A stretch of 38,142 nt of DNA from Octopus sinensis (GCF_006345805.1 NW_021831885.1:1-38142), one strand, 5' to 3'. Positions 23,416 through 35,559 are shown, counted from the first letter of the stretch. Notes: generated by a model not told the origin, from the sequence alone. Numbers and translations: made by a program.

Positions 23416-23810
23416 AGGCGCAGGAGTACCTGTGTGTAAGTAGCTTGCTTACCAACACATGGTTCCGGGTGGCATCTTGGGCAAGTGTCTTCTACTAATA
23501 GCCTCGAGCCGACCAATCCTTGTGAGTGGATTTGGTAGACGGAAACTGAAAGAAGCCTGTCGTATATATGTATATATATATATGTATGTGTTTGCATGCT
23601 TGTATGTCTGTGTTTGTCCCTCTAACATTGCTTGACAACCGATGCTGGTGTGTTTACGTCTCCGTCACTTAGCGGTTCGGCAAAAGAGACCGATAGAATA
23701 AGTACTGGGCTTACAAAGAAAAAAACCTGGGGTTGATTTGCTCGACTAAAGGCGGTGCTCCAGCATGGCCGCAGTCAAATGACTGAAACAAGTACAAGAG
23801 AGATAAAAGA
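23416..23810 (+). mobile_element. SINE family A, full length
   Basis: aggcgcaggagtacctgtgtgtaagtagcttgc...gaaactgaaagaagcc-(TA)n-tgtgtttgtccc...ggcggtgctccagcatggccgcagtcaaatgactgaaacaagta. Confidence 0.93.
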
Positions 23811-24082
23811 TATATATATATATAACTATGCATATATACATAAACTATGTATATATATATTTTATATATAACTATATGTGTATAAACTATGTGTAACTAT
23901 ATATAGTTATATATAAATTTAAAAGAATAAGGGTGAAAAATTAAATATCAATTTGATTAATATCAATTTAAAACCAGTGACCTAGCATATAGAAAAATCT
24001 GAAGATTACATATACGTAATTATGTTTTATATATGTATTTTATATATATCTATATATGTAAATATATATATATACATACATG

Positions 24083-24113
<31 letters not shown>

Positions 24114-24170
24114 ATATATATATATATAATATATATATTATACAATTATATATATATTTTTTTATATAGA

Positions 24171-24605
24171 TGTGTGGTAAGTAGCTTGCTTACCAACCAC
24201 ATAGTCCGGGTTCAGTCGCAATGCGTGGCACCTTGGGCAAGTGTCTTCTACTATATTCTCGGGTCAACCATACCCCTGTGATTGAATTTGGTGGAGGGAA
24301 ACTGAAAGAAGGCCATCATATATATATATATATATATAATATATATATATAATATATATATATATATAATATATATATATATATATAGTTTCTATGCATG
24401 TTTGTTTGTCTGTGTTTGTTCCCCACCATCGCTTGACAACCGATGTTCGTGTGCTCACGACCTGGTAACGTAGCGGTTCAGCAAAAGAGACCGATAGAAT
24501 AAGTACTAGGTTTACAAAGAAGATCTAGAGTCGATTTTGTTCGACTAAAGGCGGTGCTCCAGCATCGCCGCACTCAAATGACTGAAAGAAATAAAAGAAA
24601 AGAAC
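24171..24605 (+). mobile_element. SINE family A, near full length
   Basis: Same head, TA linker and 3' module as 23416-23810. Confidence 0.92.
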
Positions 24606-24686
24606 AATAGAATACATATAAATATTTATATATACAGTTATATATATACAGTTCTATATGTGCGTATGTGTATGTGTGTGTGTTTA

Positions 24687-24835
24687 CCTGTGTGGTAAGA
24701 GGCTTGCTTCCGAACCACATGGGTCCAGTCCCACTGCGTGGCACCTTAAGCAAGTATCTACTGCTATAGCCTTGAGCCCACCAAAGCCCTGTCGGTGAAT
24801 TTGGTTGACGGACACTGAAAGAAGCCCGTCGTATA
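24687..24835 (+). mobile_element. SINE family A, 5' half
   Basis: ctgtgtggtaagaggcttgcttccgaaccacatgggtccagtcccactgcgtggcacc...actgaaagaagcccgtcgtata. Confidence 0.88.
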
Positions 24836-24840
24836 TATTA

Positions 24841-24879
<39 letters not shown>

Positions 24880-25012
24880 TGTAAGTATGTATCTATGTAT
24901 GTATGTATATATATATATATATATATACTATATAAAACTAGCTTCCTGAAGATTTCTCTTGAATGAACAGTTCTAGTCCTGTAGAAGCTCCTTCTCTTCT
25001 CTATAATAAATA

Positions 25013-25053
<41 letters not shown>

Positions 25054-25084
25054 TTATAAACGTGTGTGTTTGTGTGTCTGCTGC

Positions 25085-26393
25085 AAGGATAAGGCATCAC
25101 CTTTTTAGTTTGCTACACGTTCACTAAACATCTTTTGATATGTGACAGTTGGTGGATGGCGCAGTTTGACCTTGTTGCTCTCATCTGTGTTTCTTGCATT
25201 GAGGCAGGTTCATCTGGAACTTTTGAGATAATACTGGATACTGAAATGCTGTGATCTTTTGAAGCCCAAGCTGTTGCAGTATCTGGTCCTGTATCCTGAT
25301 GGCAATGTTTGGATTATTGTTGCTATGTAGTGGCGCCCCGTATCGCTGTTTGTGTAACTGACAATGCCAAAGTTTGGTACAAATCTTTCTGGGAATTTTC
25401 AGACGTATATTACTTCATATCTTTTCTGCTTTCCCTCCAGGGACTAGAGTCTTAACTCTTTCAGTCTCTTCCAGTAGCTGACCTGACGCATTGTGTCGAT
25501 CTTCTCTGTGTAGCTTCGCTGGATCGATTCTTTAACTTTACACTGTTTGGTGATCACAGTTAGGTGCAGTAATCAAGAAGCCTAAGGACGAAGGTCCTTT
25601 AGAGGAGCATCATGGCTTTCATTTCTCAAGTTTCGAGGGTTCAAAAGATCCATCCGATGTCAGTCATTAGGATAGTACTCTTGCGGCTAGTGAGTCGATT
25701 TGATTCTTATTTCTAGCAATGCCGGTACCACTTTGTACCCCCCGTCACTTTAGTAACGTCTATAAATTTGCCTATAGATTGTTAAATTGCTAAGAAGCCA
25801 CACATATCATTTATAGGTTTTCCTTTTGCCGTTTTGAAATCAGCGTATGAGTTCAAAGGTTTTCTTATAAACTGACAAGAGGAGTTAAGTATAACCCCAA
25901 GCCTGGTAAGAGCCACCGATGAGAATTAAGATGTTCTGCATCAAACTTCAAAATCACCGGTTATCTGGTGTCCGCAAAGAGAGCTTATGTCTTAGTCATC
26001 ATAATACTGCTCTTGTGGCTAGCAAGTCGGTTCGACTCTTATTTCTAGCAATGCTATACCACTTAGTACACTCTGTCACTTGTTCTTAGTCCATTTGTAT
26101 ATTTCATCTAACTCACGTTGCAGGTGTATAGCGTCTTCAGGGTACTGTATCACTTGTGAAACCTCGGTATCATCTGCATAACTTGTGATTGTGACTCTCT
26201 GTGTGGCTGAGGGCATGTCTGAGAGGGCCATTATAAATAGTAGTGGTCCCAAAACAGTACCTTGCAGAACACCACTCACTATTTGCGTGTCATTGGGGGT
26301 GATCCATCTGGCTACTACTGCTTGACTTCTATCTTTCAGAAAGTCATGCAGCCATTCTCCCAATTTCCTGACAATGCCGAGATAATATCCCAT
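25085..26393 (-). mobile_element. CR1/L2-type LINE ORF2 remnant (same family as 889-1558), interrupted at 25657-26081
   Basis: RT core: [16 protein letters not shown]...SGVLQGTVLGPLLFIMALSDMP...SYADDT...LQRELDEIYKW (ORF 26076..26438). The downstream part 25085-25656 aligns at DNA level with 960-1558. Confidence 0.9.
25657..26081. repeat. ~425-bp insert with ~95-bp diverged terminal direct repeats
   Basis: 25657-25750 versus 25987-26081 (e.g. ctcttg.ggctag, ttcttatttctagcaatgc / ctcttatttctagcaatgc, gtcactt); period 330 bp. Confidence 0.75.
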
Positions 26394-26547
26394 CGACACA
26401 CACACACACACACACACAACACACACACACACATACATACATTGGTATATTTATATATATACATATTTGTATATATATTATATATATATATATATGTATA
26501 TACATATTCATAATAGATAATAAATAATATTATATATGTATAATATA

Positions 26548-26594
<47 letters not shown>

Positions 26595-26640
26595 TACATA
26601 CATACATACATATATATATATTTATATATGCATATATATA

Positions 26641-26699
<59 letters not shown>

Positions 26700-26756
26700 T
26701 GCGGAGATGCAATTGCATAGCAAGTGACCTGAACTAAGATCGTGTGCTGAAACAAA

Positions 26757-26974
26757 ACAATTGCAACGTGGTAGGTGTTTATAAACCATTTAAAAACACA
26801 AAAAAATTCACTTCAAGATTTAAATTTTTTTTTAATTTGTAAAACTATTTTCGTCGCTTGAGACCGCGACTTCACGAAGATATATTGGCAAATTGAATTA
26901 AATGTTGAAAGGAATCTAACGGTTTTTGTGTGTGTTTTTAAATGGCTTATCTGCAGCTTCCACGGTGAAATTGT
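26757..26974. repeat. Imperfect inverted repeat (~95-bp arms) with central GC hairpin
   Basis: acaattgcaacgtggtaggtgtttataaaccatttaaaaacaca versus reverse complement acaatttcaccgtggaagctgcagataagccatttaaaaacaca; centre gtcgc-ttgagacc-gcgac (26853-26870). Confidence 0.8.
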
Positions 26975-27031
26975 ATTATATATATTTATATATAGTTATA
27001 TTTATATGTATATTCATCTATCTATTCATAC

Positions 27032-27104
<73 letters not shown>

Positions 27105-27189
27105 TATATATATATACTTTATTATGTGTGTATGTATATATATATTTATATATATATATTATATATATACATATAGAATATATCTATGT

Positions 27190-27405
27190 CATTTGTCTAT
27201 GTTTTTCGTCCTCTCACCCGCTCGACAACCGGTTAGTGTATTAGTGTATTATGTCCCCGTAACTTCGGCAAAACAAATAGAAAGAATATGTACTAGGCAT
27301 CAAAAGAAAAAGTACTAGGGTTGATACATTCGACTATAAATTTCTCAAGGCGGTGCTTTTGCTTGCCCGCAATCTAATGACTGAAACAAGGAAAATATAA
27401 AAGAT
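27190..27405 (+). mobile_element. SINE family A, diverged 3' half
   Basis: gctcgacaaccgg...gtccccgtaacttcggcaaaac...tactaggc...aaggcggtgc...ctaatgactgaaacaag. Confidence 0.8.
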
Positions 27406-27539
27406 ACAATATTTATATATATATGTTTGTGTGTGTGTGTGTTTGTGTGTTTGTGTGTGTCTGTGTGTATATATATATATATACATCTATATATAAGTAT
27501 ATACATATAGCTATATACATGTAGATATGTACATATAAC

Positions 27540-27593
<54 letters not shown>

Positions 27594-27613
27594 TATATAA
27601 GGAGAGAGAAATT

Positions 27614-27694
<81 letters not shown>
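27614..27694. repeat. (GATA)n microsatellite
   Basis: About 20 perfect GATA units. Confidence 0.98.
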
Positions 27695-27695
<1 letters not shown>

Positions 27696-27714
27696 CAGAT
27701 TAAAGTACAAAGGA

Positions 27715-30200
27715 CAGTCAGATAAATTGGCAAGATTCGTCAAGGACATTCAATTTAATTTAGACAGAATAATATTAACTTTAGAAGAGGATGAATGTTA
27801 ACGTACGTTCCTGCACAGGTTAAGTAATGACTTGGTTCCATGTCGTAAATAACAATAACAATTCATCCTTTCTACAATTCGACATCAACAATTATTATAA
27901 CTATATTTTTCCTATCCTCCTTAATGAAGCTTCTATTCTTTCCAGAAAATGAACTAACCTTATTCCTGTAGAAATTGATGTCATACTAGCAGCTAGAAGA
28001 CTTTGACTACTTTCGATAAGAAATTGTTGTGCAGGGCATCACATAATAATTTCTTTGACATAACGATGGTGTCCACTGGTTCAGCATGGGTCACAGATCT
28101 TGCAAGGCTTTATCTCCTCTAGCGACTCAGCATGTATTTTCCGGCTATCCACGGGTGTCTATATAGAGACAACACTCTCCTGGTGGTTATGGGCCTCTTC
28201 AAGCCAGCTTTTGAGAAAATTAGAAAGGCCCTACACAAGTTCTTTAAAATCTACCTAGTGCTCTTGAGAATACTAATAAAATAGCTAATTTCCCAGACGT
28301 TGTATTGGATTTAAATTCTTTTTTCATTATTCCTACTATAAGGCTAACAAATATCTAAAATATACTAATATATATTCTAATCACCATAAATCTATTTTTA
28401 ATATCGTCATTAAGGGTATATCAATTAGAATTTCGGATCTATCTGCAAGCGAGGAAATCTTTAACAACCATACCACTTAATACAACCAAGTACTTTCAGC
28501 TTGCTGCTTCTCACAAAAAGTAACTTTCTCGTCTAACACTAGGCTTACGAACTTATCCCTGCCACACCTTAAATCAACATACCCTAATAGCATGAATGCA
28601 ACATTTCCCGCAGCGGATTGGGATGTTCAACCTACTATTAAAACCTAAAAAACTTAAACAGCAGCGCATTCTGCCACCCCTCACACATCCCTTATAATAC
28701 TCGTGCAGAACGCAACACCATAAATAGAATAGAATCCCCAATACCAACTACAAAACAAGATTCTACACCCACCAGATTTCGGATCAATCTGCAAGCGAGG
28801 AAATCTTTAACAACCATGCCACTTAATATAACCAAGTTCTTGGGGAGAACCATACTTTGGTATACTCCATCCATATTCTCTCTAAATTTGAAGGGCTTAA
28901 CCAGGTTGTTTTTCCATATCATCGATTCCAACTTTCCTCTCAACTATCAGTTCCACTCTATCTTTATTCGATCCACCCTCAAATTATCCTACTCATCACC
29001 ACCTAATATTGAATCTACCATAGCCTCATCTAATAAACACGAGCTTAATAGTTATTGCCAAAATAATACTCCAACAGAGAATAGAAAATATAACAAATAT
29101 AATAATAATGATTATAATAATAGGAATAATAAGTACATCTACCATAATCGCAGCACTAATATTAACCCTAATAACGGAAACACCAACAGTAACCTTAATA
29201 CTACCATTAGTGAGAATATTATATGCGGTTCTTTTAATGCTATGGCTAACAGCCATCGGAATGTAAGAGAGAATACTATAATAATACAACTAGCCGTAAC
29301 ATTAATAATAATAATAATAATAATAACAATAATCTTTTCTACTCTAGGTACTAGGCCTGAAATTTTGGGGGAGGGGGCCAGTCGATTAGATCGATCCCCA
29401 GTACGCAACTGGTACTTAATTTATCAACCCCGAAAGGATGAAAGGCAAAGTCGACCTCGGCGAAATCTGAACTCAGAACGTAGCGACGGGCGAAATACCG
29501 CTAAGCATGCTGTCCAGCATGCTAACGATGTTGCCAGCTCGCCGCCTTAATAATAACAATAATAATAGCAGCAATAGCTCTAGTTCCAATTACAGTAATA
29601 AAATTTCGGATACCAACCGACGAAATAGCACTGTGCTTTGTCTTAGTCTTTCCCAGGTATCTGGAGTATCTATGTTCTCATTTATTAATCCATACATTAT
29701 AGGTACTAACAACATCGATAATAATGAATACACTGGGAGCGAACGGGTGGGTACTACACTAAACCCCCAGGGCACTCTCAAATTATACAATATCCAATCC
29801 ACGTACAGGTAATGCCTTCATCCCACGTAGGTCTGGTAGCAGTAGTATATCTTTCAATAAATACTCTTTGCAAACTCACTTCAGAAGGTTTAACGTGTCT
29901 TACAAATACATGGTTCATAACAGACTCCAGAATTCTACTGCGCATTTTATTGGATTTAGGATTATTTCAAGCAACGATGTTCGGCGCACCTAACTTCGTT
30001 CAAGTATGAGGAGCATACCAAATCCAGTTCTCTAGCTGACCATGTGCATTACCATAAGAGGATAAAGTTACCTTATAGTATAACGTAGTCCATCAGAAAC
30101 TCGGGCTCTCTATACCGGGGCCACCATACGCCCTGTTGGCCATGTCTAAAGGAATTCTAACACATCTTGTTACATAACCCTACACAGCCTGTAGGTCTGA
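27715..30200 (+). mobile_element. Penelope-like element (RT + C-terminal GIY-YIG endonuclease), decayed, with SINE B inserted
   Basis: Frameshifted translation: WFHVVN..SFLQFDINNYY; FFDITMVSTGSAWVTDLARLYLL; GCLYRDN (28159-28173); NFPDVVLDL; SNHHKSI..IRISDLSASEEIF; RTILWYTP...IDSNFP...IFIRSTLKLSYSSPPNI; EN: CKLT..TCLTN, HFIG (29943-29954), FKQRCSAHLTSF, SSLADHV, CWPCLKE. Confidence 0.88.
29334..29548 (-). mobile_element. SINE family B, full length, with target-site duplication
   Basis: Reverse complement aaggcggcgagctggcaacatcgttagc...ctgagttcagatttcgccgaggtcgactttgcctttcatcctttcggggttgataaattaagtacc...cctagagtagaaaag; flanked by duplicated taataataacaataat. Confidence 0.92.
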
Positions 30201-31221
30201 CATTTATTTACCCCCTTATTTATCTGTCTTTACACTCGCCCCCTCAGCCTTAACCTCTCTGGACAGAAGTACCCTCGTTGTACTGATTAGTATATATCTA
30301 ATACAAAACTCCTGACTACCTGTCTTTCTTCCTCCAGAGTGTACTCACTTCTTTCAGTATTTGTCTAACTTAGGAACTGCTAGCATTCATTTCTCTCTCT
30401 CTATAGATTACTATCTAACCATTCGCTATCTGATCATGGATTTAGCTAATGAATACCCAATTTCACTGGACATGTTTGGATATCTCCTGGATCTTTTCTG
30501 TTTGGCTGCCAATTTTCAGTTTCTTCAATTTTTCTTCCAAATAATTTCATATTTGGTGTTTGTCTGGTAATCATTGACATGAAAATCATTTACACTATAA
30601 ATCAATAACTAAAGAGTTAATGGCTTTTAAAGTTTGCAAACTTTGGGTAATTTTAGCCAATCGAAATCCAAAGACATAAATGCCAGTTTTCATGACAAGC
30701 CAAGCTCTACCCACGTGGTCATTTTTCGCTTATTAAATGCTTATTACACATAAGGTGGTAGTGAGATGTGCTAAACATAATAGCTAAATAGGTCTTCAAT
30801 CACGCGTCAACATTTTTCTTTTTCTTGTAATCGTATGAATTTCGATGGCGGAATACAAATTCGAAAAAATATTCTGAAAATTCCAGAAATAAAATATGTG
30901 GGCTAATATGGCATGTGTACAGCAGAATCCCGCCAATATTTCATTTGTTTACAGATGACAACACGTGCAACCACGCAGAAAATGACAGCTTCCAAATCCT
31001 GCTTAGTGACTGAATAAAAATGATCAAACTTAAAAAAACCTCTGTAACTTCTAAAAAAATTTGGAAAATTACATCAATGCCCCACATTTTAGAATTTTCA
31101 CTAAATTTTAAGGTTTCCACAGGTGCAGCGGAATAGAAAATATCCTATCTCCTCCCTCTTTGGACTTGAGAAACCACAACAACTATCATTGATGAGGAAT
31201 TTTTATTCTACTGTTACATAT

Positions 31222-31340
<119 letters not shown>

Positions 31341-31702
31341 ACCACTCCATACTCAGTATATGGAGTTTTCGCTTGGCACGATGTTCCAGTAGCTAGGATA
31401 TCCTTGAAACAGCAGTCAGGGACTATCTCTATTTTTCATTATATAACTTAATTAAATTAAATATCATTGTCAAGTCTTGCTAATGTGTTTGCATCTCCTT
31501 TTTACTTTAACTTACACCTACTGACTGAAGGGGAAACCACTTCTAGCTGCTTTGGAATTGTAGTCACAAAACCACAAATTCAAATGCCAGCCATTCACAC
31601 CGGAATTTTAGTGGAACTCAATTTTGAGTATTCAGAGGACATACCTATTGGTTTGAGTCACCCTGAAGAAAACTCCCTGTGTCTTTTATGCACCTGTATC
31701 TA

Positions 31703-31740
<38 letters not shown>

Positions 31741-31751
31741 TATATGTATAT

Positions 31752-32190
31752 AGGCGCAGGAGTGGCTGTGTGGTAAGTAGCTTGCTTTCAAACCACATAG
31801 TTGCGGGTTCAGTCCCAATGCGCGGCACCTTCGGCAAGTGTCTTCTGTTATAGCCTCCGGCCGACCAAAGCTCTGTTAATTGATTTGGTAGACGGAAACG
31901 GAAAGAACCCGTTGCATGTATATGTGTGTGTTTGTGCGTGTTTATGCGTGTGTGCGGCTTTTTACCTGTGTAAATATATATATGTATATATATGTATGTG
32001 AGTGTATATGTTTGTGTGTCTGTGTTTGTCCCCCAAATCAAGCTGGAGCTTGACAACCGATGCTGGCGCCATTACATCCCCGTAACTACGCGGTTCGGCA
32101 AAACAGAGAGATAGAATAAGTAAGATATATAGAATAAGTACTGAATGGTCACAGTCAAATGACTGAACCAAGCAGAAGAAAATAAGAGAA
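31752..32190 (+). mobile_element. SINE family A, near full length (deletion in 3' module)
   Basis: aggcgcaggagtggctgtgtggtaagtagcttgc...gggttcagtccc...tgtgtttgtcccc...ggtcacagtcaaatgactgaacc. Confidence 0.92.
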
Positions 32191-32198
32191 TACATATA

Positions 32199-33226
32199 CA
32201 GGTGTTGGACAAAATAATGGAAACACCTAGCATCATAGCTTCATAATTTTGAAATATCTATAAAACCGTTAAAAGCTTGTTTATGTTTATGTATTTTGAT
32301 TTATTATTAGTGTTGCTTAATATGTTTTGATAAAATTGTTGTTTCTTTTTCGATATCATTAGAAAAAGGTAATTAAAATACATTTAAATGACAGATCTAT
32401 CGGATTTTCAAAGAGATGAAATTGTTGGTGCTCGTATGGCAGGCGCTAGCGTAACGAAAACAGCCAAAATATTTGGTGTATCAAGTACTGTCTCGAAAGT
32501 AATGACAGCTTTTGAGAAAGGGAAAAACCTCCTCGTCGAAACAAAACTCCGGAAGAAAACCAAAACTTTCAGATAGGAATTGTTAGAAAGGATCACAAAA
32601 GTACAGCTCCCCAAATTACTTCAGAGCTTAATGACCACTCGAGAACCCAGTTTCCACAAAAACTGTTCGCCAGGAGCTGCACAAAGCTGGATTTCACGGG
32701 GGTGGGGCTACAATCAGAAAACCACTAATTTCAAAAACAAACGTTGCAAAGCATTTAGATGGCCCACCTTTGTTTCTGGTCTCTAGAGTAGTGGTAGAAT
32801 GTTATTTTCTTGGACGAGTCATCTTTACCTTATTTCTGACCACCGGCCGAATATATGTGTGGAGACAGGTAAAAGAAGCATTTGACCCAGACTGCCTTCT
32901 TCCAGCTGTTAAACATGGAGGAGGATCTGTGATGATCTGGGGGTGCTATGTCTTGGAAATCCGCTGGCCCAATGGTTTCCATTCATGGCAAAATTAACAG
33001 TCAAGAATATTTAAGCATCAATTTCATCCTATGCTTGCGGAACTGTTTCCGGAGAGAAACGCAATCTTTCAGGATGATAATGAACTAATTTACACAGCTA
33101 AAGTTGTTACTGAATGGCACGAGGAACATTCTAGTGAAGCTGAACATCTTATCTGGCCACCACAGACCGCAGATATCAATATTATTGAACATTTATGGTA
33201 CATTTTAGGAAAAATAAGTAAGGAGT
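32199..33226 (+). mobile_element. Tc1-like (DD34E-type) transposon, left TIR plus transposase pseudogene, 3'-truncated
   Basis: TA then caggtgttggacaaaataatggaaacacc; MTDLSDFQRDEIVGARMAGASVTKTAK; DES.FTLF.TTGRIYVWRQ...VKHGGGSVMIWG; FQDDN...WPPQTADINIIEHLW; frameshifts. Confidence 0.92.
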
Positions 33227-33927
33227 TTTGGTGACTCGTATTTGTCCAACCATTGTGCTGAACGTTTTCGGTTGCTGTATTGGATCCATTTCTCATCACA
33301 TGCTACAATTCAAAAATGATTCATTTTTGTAACCAGAAAGTAGCATAATTTAGGCTTCCAAACGTTGCTGTTTCTGATATTCATTGAGTTCATGTGGAAC
33401 ACACTCATCCAACTTATTCACTTTACCGAGTTGAACTAGGTGAGTCAATATTGTTTGCTTGCTAACACCAAACAACAACAATAATTCATGGGCACTTTGA
33501 GATGGATCTGACTCGACGGTGGCTTTGAGTTCGTCATTATCCATCTTTGTTTCTGGTCGACCGCGTTGTTCATTTGTGAAGTCAAAGTTACCAGAACGAA
33601 ATTTTGCAAACTAATTTGCTACTGTCTGCTGTGTAGTAACATTACAAGGAAATACTACATTAATATTCCAAGCTGTCTGTGATGCTGTATTTCCAAGAAA
33701 GAACTCATATTTCAAAACTGTACGAATTTCCAGCTTATCTATATCTAAACAAAATATAGCAAAAAAACGATTTCTAAATACTTTATAAAGTGCAAAATGG
33801 GTTAGAATAAAGAAATAGATGCATTAACTTTCTAACAAAAAGTAAAGATTGTCAAAATATAATATTGACGCGAAATGAGCAGCTGTCAAGCTTTACCTTA
33901 CTACAAATTTCATACTGGACGACCTAA
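33221..33927 (-). mobile_element. Mariner transposon, left TIR plus 5' half of transposase
   Basis: TA at 33928-29, TIR ttaggtcgtccagtatgaaatttg; translation DKLEIRTVLKYEF..FAKFRSGNFDF..GRPETKMDNDELK..CVPHEL..CDEKWIQYSNRKRSAQWLD; internal stops. Confidence 0.9.
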
Positions 33928-34017
33928 TATATATATATATGTATGTATAGACTTATGCTAATATATCTATGTATATATATAAATATAAATATATACATAT
34001 ATATATAGGTATATATG

Positions 34018-34056
<39 letters not shown>

Positions 34057-34189
34057 AGTATAAGTATACATACACGCACATACATATATATAATATCTAC
34101 AAATTTACTTACATATCCATCTACACATACACATGATTAACAAATTTGCATGCACCCACATATAAATACATAAATAGATATATAAATAC

Positions 34190-34208
34190 ACGTATACAAA
34201 TTTACAAA

Positions 34209-34296
<88 letters not shown>

Positions 34297-34300
34297 TGTA
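34190..34300. repeat. (TA)n microsatellite
   Basis: Long pure TA run at about 34211-34293. Confidence 0.97.
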
Positions 34301-34839
34301 TATATGTAATATCCTCAAGTTTACATATATACCCCCACACACACAACGCACATAGTAATTCGTTATGAGATCTGTACAAGCTATAGGAAGTTATCTTATC
34401 ATTCACTTTTCTTTATAAATGAAACAGCTGTAAGCCAATGGACGTCATTACTTAACAACCTTCGTGATTTATTAATTATCATTATGCCCTATTCTTATTA
34501 TGTGGTTTATATAACAGTCTAAAGAGAGAATAATAGCTGTGTGTATGCGCACGCCAATGAATTCACAGTATCTCACACCCTGATCTTATGAATGATATGC
34601 ATTAAAATTATATTGATTTCTAACAACCGGCTATTAATCCTGGGAAGGCTAAGCATAATTATATTATAAACTGTGTTGGATTATGTGTTTATGCGTTCGA
34701 TATTCATGTATATATATTATGCATAATATATACAAACATTTTAGAGGAATATATTAAATTTCGCCTGGCAAAATTAGGCAATCACTTCAAAGTCAGTCAA
34801 ATTATTCCTTACATATATGTATGCATGTATTCTTTTATG

Positions 34840-35112
34840 TTTTAATTATTTTTTTTCAGTCGTTTGACTGCGGCCATGCTGGCGCACCGCCTTTAGTCGA
34901 GCAAATCCTCCCCAAGATTTATTTTTTGTCAGCCTGGGACTTATCCTATCGTTCTCTTTAGCCAAATTGCTAAGTTACGGAGACGTAAACACACTACCAT
35001 CGGTTATCAAGCGATGTCGGGGGTGGGTGGACAAACACAGACGCACGAACATATACATACATACATACATACATACATACATACATACATACATACTACA
35101 TATATATACATA

Positions 35113-35157
<45 letters not shown>

Positions 35158-35293
35158 ACGGGTTTTTTCAGTTTCCGCCTACCAAATCCCTCACACAGAC
35201 TGGTCGGCTCGAGGTGATAGTTGAGGACCCTTACCCATGGTGCCAGGCAGTGGGACGGAACCCAGAACTATGTGGTTGGCAAGCAAGCTACTT
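34840..35293 (-). mobile_element. SINE family A, near full length
   Basis: ttcagtcgtttgactgcggccatgctggcgcaccgcctttagtcg...ggacaaacacag-(TACA/TA)n-cgacgggttttttcagtttccg...tgtggttggcaagcaagcta. Confidence 0.9.
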
Positions 35294-35559
35294 TATTTCA
35301 TAAAATTTTTCATATAGACAGTACAAAGAATGTGTAGCTTTGCGGGCTGGACAAACACATTAATGAATGAAAATGAAATAAAATGAATAAATGAGAGACG
35401 AAACCCAACGCCCGCCGATTAGATTTTTCTCGAAAACATATTTTCTTTTTTCTCAAACCTCTTACAAGAAGGAGGCACTAAAACCTCTAACTTAACATGT
35501 TTTTTTAAACACACAACTGAGGTTATAAACCACTGCAAATAATACAATAAGATGAAGTT

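Noticed and set aside
28816-29550. 244-aa ORF as an intact gene
   Set aside because: It is a PLE linker fragment running into an antisense SINE B insertion.
30425-30470. Hammerhead in the PLE 3' region (ctgatcatgga...aatacccaatttc)
   Set aside because: The position is plausible, but the G8 and GAAA boxes are both absent; it cannot be supported without a consensus.
30755-31140. Possible MITE (partial inverted match tgaaaattc..taaaat.tgtggg / cccacattttagaattttca)
   Set aside because: Terminal repeats and TSD could not be defined.
31516-31662. Minus-strand exon (ttttcttcag acceptor; gtatgt donor after 18 nt or gtaagt donor after 147 nt)
   Set aside because: The 147-nt version has stops in all frames; an 18-nt microexon is possible but such splice motifs arise by chance and there is no transcript evidence.
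34755-34795. Hairpin + GAAA on the minus strand (gcct...aggc-gaaa)
   Set aside because: No CUGANGA core or stem I; single copy.
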